Source: Octopus vulgaris
Lineage: Eukaryota
Length of the DNA: 64,000 nt
Assembly: GCA_951406725.2 (NCBI GenBank)
Contig: OX597818.1
Span: forward strand, 10,168,001-10,232,000
Reading direction: 5' to 3'
The position numbers and the translations under genes were made by a program. The notes beneath the pieces are model-generated. The model was given only the letters and a program-made list of their open reading frames with translations, did not search any database and was not told the DNA's origin. This document shows, one piece after another, positions 52,454-64,000 of the stretch. Numbering within the stretch: position 1 is the first letter of the stretch; every line of letters starts with the position of its first letter.

Positions 52454-52635
52454 AGGCGGTAAGCTGTCAGAATCGTTAGCATGCCGGAAAAACTGCTTAG
52501 CAGCATTTCGTTCGTCTTCCACCTAGGTCGACTTTGACTTTCAATAAAATAAGTACCTGTCGAGTAGTGGGATCGATGTAATCGGCTTGCCACCTCCTCC
52601 AAACTTGCTGGCCTTGTGCCAAAATTTGAAACCAA
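52454..52635 (+). mobile_element. SINE family B, internally deleted
   Basis: AAGGCGGTAAGCTGTCAGAATCGTTAGCATG head, GGTCGACTTTG, tail GCTGGCCTTGTGCCAAAATTTGAAACC. Confidence 0.8.
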
Positions 52636-54132
52636 TTCATACAGCAGCTGAAGGCATTTCGGTGAAACATCCTCGCGCAACAACGTTAATGTGTGATTTG
52701 AATGGCATCTTATGTATTGTTGGAATTATATGGTATTCTTAAAGAAATAGAATAAAGGAAAGCTTGTCAAGGATGTTAAAATGATTTCTAATGTTTGACA
52801 GATCACCGCAAACTAGAAAACAGTACAATTCTTCGAAGTACTAAGACTAACCTAAAATGTAATAATATAGATTATAGTAAGATAGGATTTTGATTTTGCT
52901 GAGGATAATGAATAGATTATAAAGTATCCTCTGACTTTATTCTCCGCTGGAAAGTGTGAACGATGAGGATATTGTTTCCTGAAACCATTTCCTGCTCTAA
53001 GATGACGAAACATAAACAAACCGAGCTTATTACGTCGTAGATACAATCCAACGAGACTAGCTATTGTGTGGTTCGGGATTAGCACCAAGTTCTGAATTCA
53101 GAATCACTGAGATTACCCTTACCTTTCATGCTTAATTTTACCTTTTACATCTACATTGAAGTTGTCTTTATTTTTTACACGTACAGATAAACAAATTTAC
53201 GTGTTCCTTCGTCATGTTAGAAATAACAGCTAAAACTCTTCTCAAATAACAAGTAACATTATATTAAGGAAAGACTAATTGAATAATGAAGCATTATGCA
53301 TAATGTTTGAAAATAAGAAAGTTTTGGCGATGGCTGGATCAAATTTGACTTTCAAAACTATCACTAGTGATACAAAATAGGAAGTGGTTAAGGTTATCTT
53401 TACATCCGTGACCAGGTTTATTGATTTCAATTAGTGGGAAATCACTGTTACTGATGTTATTTTGGATTACTTCCAGGATAGTCCTAAATCAAGAGACATA
53501 CGATCGAACAAATGTCTCATAAGCTATTTTTTATTCAGGTGGCATATACCTGGTTCATTTTAATTTTTATGACAATAGTGTGGCATTTTAGCGAGATTTT
53601 GCTGCTACTTTTATGGAGAGGCTCCTTCTTCCATATGCGAAGTTTGAAAGTGTGACGTTCATACATTTACCACACCATAAATCAGCTTTGGCAAGGAGCC
53701 AAATATCAATTTCAGATTCAGTTGCATGAAGTGCTGCTACAGCTACTAATGTTGTTGCTGTTGTTGTTGTTGTTTTTTGTTGTCTTGATTAAGCAATCCG
53801 ATGATCAAAAAGAGTTACATCTCAATTTCTGCACACCATCTCTAGAATCTTTTCATCTAATATATTCTTCCGTATTTAACTCAGAATAGCGTGATTTGCG
53901 GGAGGTTTCTATACTATTTCTCTCAGATCAAGCAGCATCTTAGGACACTAGTTCCAAACATTTCACCACCAAAGTTCCTTTTTATTTATGGGAATCTTCC
54001 TAAAGATGACGTCTTTTAAAAAACATGCTTACACAATTAACCGATTTTATTATCTCGTTTCATCAGGTTAATCTCTTGTTTGGAAGATACGTGTAACTGC
54101 ATAATTAGATGTAACTGAGATACAGTGTAAAA

Positions 54133-54175
<43 letters not shown>

Positions 54176-55430
54176 CACACTGCAGCTTTTTAAAGCTTGG
54201 AACACAATTTAGTGATCTCAGTACTACATTTGTGTCTTCGTCAGTTGAGAACTGCTGGCGTAGATGCTCCCTCCTTGGTTCAAAATCAATCAGAGGATAG
54301 TTGGTGAGTATAGTAGTCATACTTCCTCTACAAAGGCAATTAGCAGAGTAAGAGAAACAGCTTTGACCAGTAACCTGACCTAGGCTGCAGACACAGTTCT
54401 ATGTGTTTAACATAGACTAACAGTAATGCTATAAATCGTTATTTTAGTGGCTGTTGCTGTGCTGCAGTTATAACTTCTTGGAGAATCAATTCTGTGATAT
54501 ACATCAGCAGTGTGCATCAAAATAAATTCGGGAAAAACGAAAATAAACAACAGAAGAATGAAACAAAAATCTAATCCAGTTTATTTGTTAAACAATATTC
54601 TTGTACTGAATTATAGTTTTATGTATTTTTAATGCACCATTTTCACCAGGACACTATAATATTAAAACTACTACTGTAGCAGTATATGTAATTTTTGAAA
54701 TTATATCTTCTAAACCTCACCAGCAAGTTGACCTGCGGTGATGATATTATTGATATATAGTGCAGCTAATGTCCATATCAATAATCACTACTGGCTATAC
54801 TATTGCCCAAGTAAGTCAATTAGTATCATTGCTAAATTATATGCTCTCCAGCGCTGGAAGTGTATACAGTGTTATTGTAAGGAGAAAACATTCACCAATA
54901 ACTAATTTTACAGATAATATATCATTTTGTCACACAGACGTTTCAGATAATGTGTTTCATCTCAGAGATACTGCAGGACTCATAACATAATTTTTCTTTT
55001 TTTTTTATAACAGAGCAAACAAACACTAATTTGTTTTTGGTTTTGATTCTTTTACTATTTCGTTTTTGATTTTATTAGATATATCCGTGACAGAATAATA
55101 TTGAACTAATTGCATTACAGTGCATTGAAACATAGATCAGTTTCACCTTACACATTTCCACCACGTAAATATATAGTTTTCACTGTTTATATTGGTCTTT
55201 TCACATTACAGTCTCTGGTATGTATGCATGTATGTATGTGTGTGCGCACACGTTACATGCATACATACAGACAGGCAGATAGACTGAAAGACAGACATAT
55301 TTATATACATACATGCATATATGTGAACATGCCTGCATAATATAGACCATACACTGTTTCTTTCTGTGTTCACCGATCATATCTGGTCTCCTTGCTTCAA
55401 TAGCAAGATGAGTAGATCAAATAGTATCAT

Positions 55431-55495
<65 letters not shown>

Positions 55496-55522
55496 ATTAT
55501 TATTATTATTATTATTAATAGG

Positions 55523-55730
55523 AAGGCGGCGAGCTGTCGGATTTGTTCGCACGCCGTACAAAATGCTTAGCGGCATTTCGTCCGATTTCACCTTCTGATT
55601 TCAAATCCCCCTACGCCGACTTTGCATTTCATCCTTTCGGAGTCAATAAAATAAGTACCAACAAAGGGGTCGATATAATCGACTCATCCTCTCCCCCATA
55701 ATTGCTGCTCTTGTGGCAAAATTTGAAACC
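55523..55730 (+). mobile_element. SINE family B
   Basis: AAGGCGGCGAGCTGTCGG head, TTTCATCCTTTCGGAGTCAATAAAATAAGTACC core, CAAAATTTGAAACC tail. Confidence 0.82.
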
Positions 55731-55765
55731 ATCATCATCATCATTATTACTATCATCATTCATCA

Positions 55766-55821
<56 letters not shown>

Positions 55822-55822
<1 letters not shown>

Positions 55823-58035
55823 GAGTGAGAGAGCAGTGCATGCCATCAATGTGACACTGAGGTCAAATATACGAAGCACAGTATACCCATCATGACTACT
55901 CGTCTGATAAGGGTACACCAGGCACATGCATCACAACCATATTCCCTTCTAATTCCTCAAATGACATCGAAGCCAGAAACCATCTAAAGTCTATATCACT
56001 AGCTTACCACCGTTCTCCATCCCAGTCACTGAAGATCCAACTCATAGCTGCCAAGAAGAATCTTGATGAGGCTTACTTGAACGCCGAGGTTGACTTTATC
56101 AATGACAAAATTAGTAAACTATCCAAAGAGCACATTAGTAAAAACACCATCTCGCCTGGAAATCCATCAAAGACCTATCAGGCGAAAATTCTGGGTCATC
56201 AATTAGAATTAAAGGGGGGTCAGCTAAGAAGCGTTTAGAAAATTGGTCAACCCATTTAAAAAACCTCCTTGGGAAGAATGCCAAAATCCCTGATAACCCC
56301 ACTCTTCCAAGTGTGCCTATAACAAACACGCTGGACATCAACAACTCCCCTTTTACCATACTTGAACTAACAGCAGCCACCAAGCAACTAAAAGCCTCGA
56401 AAGCATTTGGTCCCGACAACATTCCGGCTGTGATTTGGAAGGATGATAGATTTCACACACTTTTGCTTAACCTCTGCAACCACACACTTTCCACCTTTGT
56501 CGCTCCAAAGATTTGGCACCAATCTCAAATCATCCCAATACCCAAAATAGGCGATTTATCCCTCGTCACCAACTACAGGGGTATATCTCTAATGTCAATT
56601 GCTGCAAAACTGTACAACAAACTGATCCTAAATCGTCTTGTCCTTTTTGTTGAACCTTTGCTCCGAAAGAACCAAACTGGATTCAGACATGGGCGCTCAA
56701 CGCTGAGTCAGATACTATGCCTACGCAGACTTATTGAAGAATCAAAAGCATTTAATCGCGATATTGCAATGGTATTTGTAGACTTTTCTAAAGCGTTCGA
56801 TTCTGTAGATAGGTACAAGATGTTTGAAATCCTTCTTTCTCCAATGCCCAGTCTCTTTTACAATCTCTTGAACAAGCTTCAAATTGTGTAGGTCTTTACC
56901 TCAATGAGACCAAGACTGAATACATAAACGAGTGCCTGTCCAACAGTGATTGCATCATCCATACTCTGAACAATGCGCCCTTAAATATGGTTTCTGATTA
57001 CAAATATCTTGGGTCATACATATCATCATCTGGAAAAGACTTTCTAACTAGAAAGGGTATGGCCTGGTCAGCCTGTAATGACATGCATAAGATCTGGTCA
57101 TCAAATCTAAGTAGAGACTTCAAACTTGAAATCTTCAAAGCCACAGTCGAACCAATTCTACTATATGACTCAGAAACCTGGACGTTATCAAAGAAGCTTG
57201 AGAGGCGGTTGGACGGAACCTACACTCGCCTCCTTATGAGAGCTCAAAATCTCTCGTGGAAGCGCCATCCAACCAAAATGCAAATATATGGGAAACTACC
57301 ACCTGTGTCATCTCTTGTGAAAGGTAAGCGAGTCCAGTTTTCTGGACATTGTTGTAGAGCTGAAAAAGAGGTAATTTCTACTCTTCTCTTCTGGAAGCCA
57401 TCTACTCGCAATACCAGAGGGCGCACACTCTCCTACCCTGATATAATCTCCAGGGATACAGGCATCCAGCATCAGGACCTCTGTAATGCCATGATGGACC
57501 GTGAAGTCTGGCGTAGCATGGTAAATTCCATTGTTTCGACCACGGTCGAACAATGATGATGATGACAACCATATGTGCGCGAAATGGTGATCTCATATCA
57601 AGATAATCAGCGCATGACCTTGCTGGTGAGGCTCAGTTACAATTTTCTTCTGGTCGAGAAACCCATCCCGCTTAAAAAGTCACTGAATAAGGTTTGTTTA
57701 AGGATGATGAACGAAACACCCATGTTTCCAAGGGTGAATCATTCAAACACCAAAGAATTCCTCTCAACACATGGCTATGATGCTCCCCCACTACTTCTGC
57801 TCGTCATCAGAGATGCACATATCATCATATTATCAGCCACATATCATCAGCCACCAAGGGGAATACTCAACTGGTTAAGGTCAAGCAACTGACAAGCAAA
57901 TCTGTAGTATTGAGCAGAATAGTTGCTGTACCCCATCTTTTCTACCAAGACAAAACAATGTACATGATGACACTCCCAATCAGTTAAGATCAGAAGACAT
58001 GAGAGCCACTGCCTGGTACTGCATCTGGGCCATTT
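55822..58035 (-). mobile_element. Second copy of the ~560-bp (AAT)n-embedded element, interrupted by an RTE
   Basis: 55822-55942 and 57565-58035 are the reverse complement of 36731-37289. Flanked by (ATT)n on both sides. Confidence 0.88.
55943..57564 (+). mobile_element. RTE LINE copy 2, 5'-truncated with ~300-bp internal deletion
   Basis: Near-identical to 43785-45700. TSD ACAACCATAT at 55933-55942 and 57565-57574. (GAT)n tail. The junction at about 56833 skips the QGD and FADD motifs. Confidence 0.93.
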
Positions 58036-58050
58036 ATTATTATTATTATT

Positions 58051-58157
<107 letters not shown>

Positions 58158-58170
58158 CATCATTATCATT

Positions 58171-58202
<32 letters not shown>

Positions 58203-58209
58203 TATTATA

Positions 58210-59345
58210 CATTTGCAATATCTTTATGGCGTGCTTCCACATTACCAACCCCTGCTCTGAGCGCCTTGTTTGTTTGTGTCTTGGTGTATGTCTCAATTTT
58301 ACATTAGTTTTGTTATTGTTACTGTACTGCATACTTATAAGTCCTTGAGCTTGGGTTATGTATTAATCTGCATGTTTTTGATCATTCCTAAAGCCTCTAG
58401 TATTATAGGGACTGATTCTCTTTACAAACCCTCACATTTTGGTAATCTCTGTTTCCAGATCTATATATTTAGATTATTTGTCCATCTCTTTCAGAGATAC
58501 ATTATCATGGGTCGAGACTGATATGTCGATAAGGAGGCATTTCTCTTTTTTTGGTCCGTAAGAACAATATCTGGTCGGTTATCATTAATCTATATGTATG
58601 TATATATAGGCATATCCCAGAGTATGAGGGGTGTGCTATTCTCGAAGAATTTTTTACTTTACGTCTCTTGGTATTTTATCGTGCTGACATAACCTGCTGT
58701 GTATATCAGCCACAACACTGTAATATCTGTAGGGGAATTCTTTCTTGATTGAGACTAGGCAGCCAGAAATAATCTAGTTGATTTTATTTCTTCTCCCCAT
58801 TTCCACATATTCTGCTATTTCTGAATTCTGCTTCATTATAGGTGTTTTGTGATTCTTAGGTGGGGAAACAAACCTTCTGTCTCTATCTTGAGCCCTGTGC
58901 TTCTCAATCAGTTTTTTGTTTGCTTTTTGTTCCTACTTCCATAACGTTCAGTTTTCCCAATACTGGCGATGTTGTGACTTTTCTTACCTTCATTTTATTA
59001 TAGCATTTTGTGGTCTCAACTATAGTTCAGATTTTAGCTCTTTTACTATTTCTGTTACTCGTTCTCAATTTTATTCATAACTGTCTGTCGTTGCAGTCTC
59101 TGTTTCGTATGTATATTGGTTTCATTGAAGATAAAATATAAGCTTTTTTTTCATATTTCATTGATTTTTGTATAAATTTTCCTTAGTCATGCAGTTCATA
59201 TTTCACAGCAGTATTCTAGGTGCATAAGACCCCTACCTCCTTGCATTTGTGATACAAATAATATGTCTATAAGAAAATTTGGGTTGTGCACTCTAAATGT
59301 ATTTATTATTTCCCTTGTTATCCTGTCTAGTCTGGCTACTTAGTA
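58210..59345 (-). mobile_element. R4/Dong-like LINE 3' fragment, decayed
   Basis: Minus strand: RLDRITREII...GGRGL, LRSTGLKIETEG, RICG..E...IISGC, ILWDMP, RPDIV, CLLIDISV, SKYIDLETEI, VPIILEALGMI. The 3' end abuts (AAT/GAT)n. Confidence 0.8.
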
Positions 59346-59684
59346 TAGAGTGTGGAGAATTTAAGGATTACACCGTAAAGTATATGGAGTTTTCAGAGAT
59401 TAATCGGACTATAAGGTGATCACAGTCGTAGAGTAATGTAATCATTAGTATATGGAGGAATTCGGGGGAAAAACCTCGTAACGTGCATTTAAGAGCTTGT
59501 ATGTCATTGTCTGACTACCACCCGTTATCTAACAGTAGGTTATATTCCAAAGTGGGATGCACATTTGGAACCCCTCTTCACTTAACATTAACATAAAAAT
59601 AATATAACACAAGGATAGAGGACATCGGGTTTTAACAGTAGATCAAGCCTGTTGCCCTCAGTCCTCGTGTTATATTATCGTTTC

Positions 59685-59716
<32 letters not shown>

Positions 59717-60177
59717 ACATATATATATATAGATACATAAATACATACATATATATATACACACACACATATATGCATGCATATATGTAAATAAATAAAT
59801 TTTAAAAAAATATATATATATATGTATGCATATATATGTATGTATGTATGTATGTATGCATGTATATATATATATCGGCTAAACTGGCAAAATGACCATT
59901 CCGAAATATAACAATATATATATATATATATATGTGAATGTAATATGCGACAATTATTCGGTAGCCATGATAAAACTCCGAGTTCCCGATATCGAGGTGG
60001 AAATCCACGCCGCCATCTCTTCAGTTATCCGGCCAAGAGAAATTATCATGGCTACCGAATAATTGTCACATATTACATTCACTGATAAATTCCTCTATTT
60101 ACATAATATCGAGGTCTCTTTCTTACTTTTGTTGTCTTACCATTTTTCTTTCTTTTGTCGTCTTACCATTTTTATCC

Positions 60178-60213
<36 letters not shown>

Positions 60214-60248
60214 ACACATATATATATATACACAATATATATATATAC

Positions 60249-60286
<38 letters not shown>

Positions 60287-60371
60287 CACACACGCATACA
60301 TACGCTGGAAGAAGTTTTGTATTGCATGTTGTGCTTTTGTGAGCAATGGATAATTATTATTGTTGTTGTTG

Positions 60372-60432
<61 letters not shown>

Positions 60433-61649
60433 CATCATTATTATTATTCCGAAAAGTTAAGAAATTATCTTTCTTTTTCATCAAATTGCGTGCGCGGTCT
60501 GACAAATGACTCTCTGCTGTTGATCTAGCTCAGATTGGACAAGATGTTGATGGAGTGTAAGTTCGGTGATGGTAATGAAGGTTTATGTCTGTGGCGATGG
60601 TAATGGTAATGGTTTACAGTGGCTATCCTGGTGATGGTGAATGCGGTGGTTGATGTGGCAGTGGCGGTGGTGGTGTTGGTGGTGGTGGTGGGTGGTGGTG
60701 GTGGTGGTGGTGGTGGTGGTGGTGGCGGCGGCGGCGGTGGTTGGTCGGTTGGTTGGTGATAAAATAATTATCTGTGAATTCTTCATTCACAGACGTGAGT
60801 ATAGTGGAATGTAGTGGGGGGAGTGGGACAAAGAGAGCAAAAAAAATCAATAAATGAATTCTTTTGATGTTTAATAGTAAAAAAAAACTAGAAGCAAGGG
60901 AGGAAACCCCCTACAAAGAGCAGACCTTACTGCTGGGATATGGGTCATTCTTTATAGAAGGGCCGTGAACTTGTAACTCTTTGTTGGTAATTTATTTGCC
61001 ATCTTCTCATCATCATCGTCATCATCATCAGCAGCAGCAGCAGCACCATCATAACTACAATCACATTTAACAATTACAGTATTTTATCTTCATCTTCAAC
61101 GCTAACAGAAGCTCTGTCATTACTGCCATTGTCCTTATCACTATCATCATCTTCACCACTACCATTGCCAGTAACACCATCATCATCACCACCATCATCA
61201 TCACCACCATCATCATCACCACCATCATCATCACCATCATCATCATCAGCAGCATCAACAACAGCAGTAACTGCAAAACATCGTTGTCATCATCATCATC
61301 ATCATTATTATCATTGTCATTTTCATCAATATTATCATCATTATCATCATCATCATCATCATTATCGTCAGCGCTGTCATCATCATCGTCATTGTCCTTA
61401 TCATCATCATCAGCATCATCTTCATCATGATCATCATTACCATCAACATTACCAGCAGTACCACTACTACTATTACAAGCATGGCCATCACTATCATCCT
61501 CATCAACATCACAACCACCACCAGTCTCATCATCATTGCCTTTAATATTTTCATCATCATCAACCACCCACCAGAATTTATATATATATATATAAGTGAT
61601 ATTTACCACGTGAACTCCGATGAAAGAAGTATATATAGTAAATAATTTT

Positions 61650-61874
61650 TTGTGCAGGGATTCCTTGAAGTTGCAACGTCAATGGTACCAAGCTGTATCG
61701 GTCTTTGCCTTTCCCTTGGACAACATCATTGACGTGGAGAGAGGTGACTGGTATGTATGGACGGCTGGTGGTTTTCCACAAACAACCTTGCCCGGACTTG
61801 TGCCTCACAGGGAAACTTTCTACGTTCAATGCCATGGTCATTTGTGACCGAAGAGAAGTCTTTACTCTTTACCT
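61650..61874 (+). mobile_element. Probable SINE or LINE 3' fragment with CTTTAC-type tail
   Basis: GC-rich island in AT-rich DNA ending GTCTTTACTCTTTACC. No head identified. Confidence 0.4.
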
Positions 61875-62366
61875 TAAAATATATATATATATATATCAGC
61901 TAAACATCTCTCAAATTACACTCAATCGGGATTAGCTTTTAGCCTATCCTAAGCGTTTCCATAAGTTTATACTAAATATCCACAGTTGTTTAAAGATTTT
62001 TTGTAAGGCTTTGTTTCATACGTTCCAAGTAATATAAAACGTTGCTTTAATAACTCTCAAATTTTTGTGATGGTTGAAAAAAATTGAAAACGTGTGTCAT
62101 ACTCATGTCTGCCTGAGAAATATATTCTTTGATTCAAAATGTGATACACAGGCCACGCACATATTTATAAAGGATACACGCTAGACATTTTAGTGAGATA
62201 ACTCCCTCCTTACTTAAAAGAAAAAAAAGTGAAATGGCCATGAATAGAACAACTTTGATCATGTATCTACTAGACCTGGGGCTAGCAACAAGAACAATAA
62301 TACATCAGTAGTTTCAGTAATAGAACTGGAATTGGAGAAACAGTGAAGACATGCTTCGAAAATCAT

Positions 62367-62426
<60 letters not shown>

Positions 62427-63398
62427 CATACCTGGTTCTATATCAAAGTGACCTTCTCCTGGAGACATGCTTTAACAAAGGCTAACGAGTGCCTCATTCC
62501 GAGTGGTCATCCAGTATACTGGAAACCAATCCGAAATCTCTGAGGTCCCGTGCTGTTGTCAGATAGCCGTTGAACCTACACCAGGTTCCTCCGTCCTTTT
62601 GACAGATTTTTGTTTCCAGACCTGCTGGGTTTCCAGCAATCCTTTTCACCAGGTAAGCCGGTGTAGTAGCAGAGAGTCCGATACTACAACAGGTTGTGTT
62701 GGTTTCCATGTTAGCAATAACACCCGTGAAAGACCTCAAAAGTAAGCTCATATTGAACATTTTCGGCATCTTTTGCTTGCGCTTGAAATCATAGCGCTCG
62801 CACGCGACAAATATTAGCAATGCATATCTTGCCCTGGCTTGCCACTGTATCATGCCTATAGGGTGAGACGATCTTTGGGGTTTTGTGCAAGCCGTATTGG
62901 ATCTGAAATTTTAGGTTGTGCAATTAATTCAGTTGAATTAATTACTTAAGTTGAAGCACCAAGACAGCTCGAAGTAAGGTGAATGTAGTGATATAGTACG
63001 ACCGTTTCAAGCGACTCCATTTAATTGAACAATGCAATCATTACATCAATTTAAATGCAGGGATATCATCAGCTTCATAAATAAAAATAATTTTTAATCA
63101 GTTGGACACATTAATATAATTTTTCTCAAATACTTTAACAGAACAACAAGATGGAAGAAATTCATGTTGTTGCTATTATAGCTAAGAATAGACTACACTT
63201 CCAAGAAAGGAATGAAGCCCACTGGGGTCATAGCTTGTAAAGGACTATGGTTCATTTCTAATTTATTTGTTTTTTATCAACTACTAAATCTAAGACTAGA
63301 CGACTGTGTCTGTTTGGAATGAAGGGATAGAGTGAGTTGACAGCTCATGGCTAGGTATGGTCATAAATATTGTCAAGACATTGGGAGTAGTAAGTTAC

Positions 63399-63433
<35 letters not shown>

Positions 63434-63535
63434 CGTTAATCCAAACATGAAAACACAAAGAGAAAACACAACAACGCGAGGAAATGGAACAAATATAGTA
63501 TTATTGGACGCTCAGGAAGGAAGGAAAGAAGGAGG

Positions 63536-63570
63536 GTTTAACGTTTCGAGCGGAGCTCTTCGTCAGAAAC
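63536..63570 (-). ncRNA. Minimal type I hammerhead ribozyme motif, probably in a PLE terminal repeat
   Basis: Minus strand GTTT-CTGACGA-A-GAGC-TCC-GCTC-GAAA-CG-TT-AAAC: stem I GTTT/AAAC, stem II GAGC/GCTC, stem III reduced to the palindromic AACGTT, GUU triplet. Confidence 0.75.
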
Positions 63571-63867
63571 ATAGGAAAAGGAAAGACCCAAAGAAGGGAA
63601 GACGGAGAAAAGAAATCGCCAACGGTACACACGTGGTCATACATGGTCTCTCTCTCACTTTTACTTGATCTGTCCCCTTCTCTCTCTTTTCTCTCTACTC
63701 ATCCTCTTTTTCTCTTCTCTTTCCTCTGATTCTTTGGTCTAATCTTCCCCTACCCTTCCATTTCTTTGTCTCGCTCTGCACTCACAGGTCAATCTTCGAC
63801 ACTCATCCCTTCTCCTCTCTGATTCCTTCTTTCTCTCTCTTCTCTCCCCTTTTTGCGTTTGTCCCTC

Positions 63868-63898
<31 letters not shown>

Positions 63899-64000
63899 TC
63901 TCTCTCTCTCTTCCTTCCTTTGCTTCTCTTTCTTTTCTTTTCTCTCTTCTCTGTCACGTGACCGCTGGCCGAAATCTGCCTTTCAGCTTCCCACCAGCGA

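Noticed and set aside
61067-61609. Asp/His/Met-rich ORFs resembling acidic or metal-binding proteins
   Set aside because: They come from a degenerate (CAT)n microsatellite that is open in several frames on both strands.

Overview
This is AT-rich, microsatellite-dense eukaryotic DNA, apparently intergenic or intronic. The SINE families and microsatellite load suggest a cephalopod (octopus) genome, which is an inference. No intact host protein-coding gene can be supported, and nearly all short ORFs in the track are artefacts of microsatellites. The window is mostly transposable elements. (1) A nested stack at 38.6-47.9 kb: an R4/Dong-like LINE was split by a SINE, and that SINE's internal (TA/CA)n tract was then hit by a 4.3-kb Helitron (TC...hairpin-CTAG ends, PIF1 helicase ORF) and a 5'-truncated RTE LINE with a 10-bp TSD. 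(2) A second, internally deleted RTE copy inside a ~560-bp non-coding element that occurs twice. Both copies sit in (AAT)n, directly downstream of an R4/Dong 3' end and in the same orientation. (3) Several Penelope-like element remnants, with type I hammerhead ribozyme motifs that have intact cores at 10430-10493 and 63536-63570 and decayed versions elsewhere. One Penelope terminus forms a complex fold-back with a perfect 53-bp template-switch inversion. (4) CRE, CR1/Jockey-like, RTE and L1/Tx1-like fragments, a hAT MITE, a non-autonomous Helitron and three tRNA-derived SINE families. I see no clear evidence of a wholly new biological system. The best leads are the (AAT)n-targeted LINE/560-bp element pairing and the ribozyme-bearing Penelope termini.
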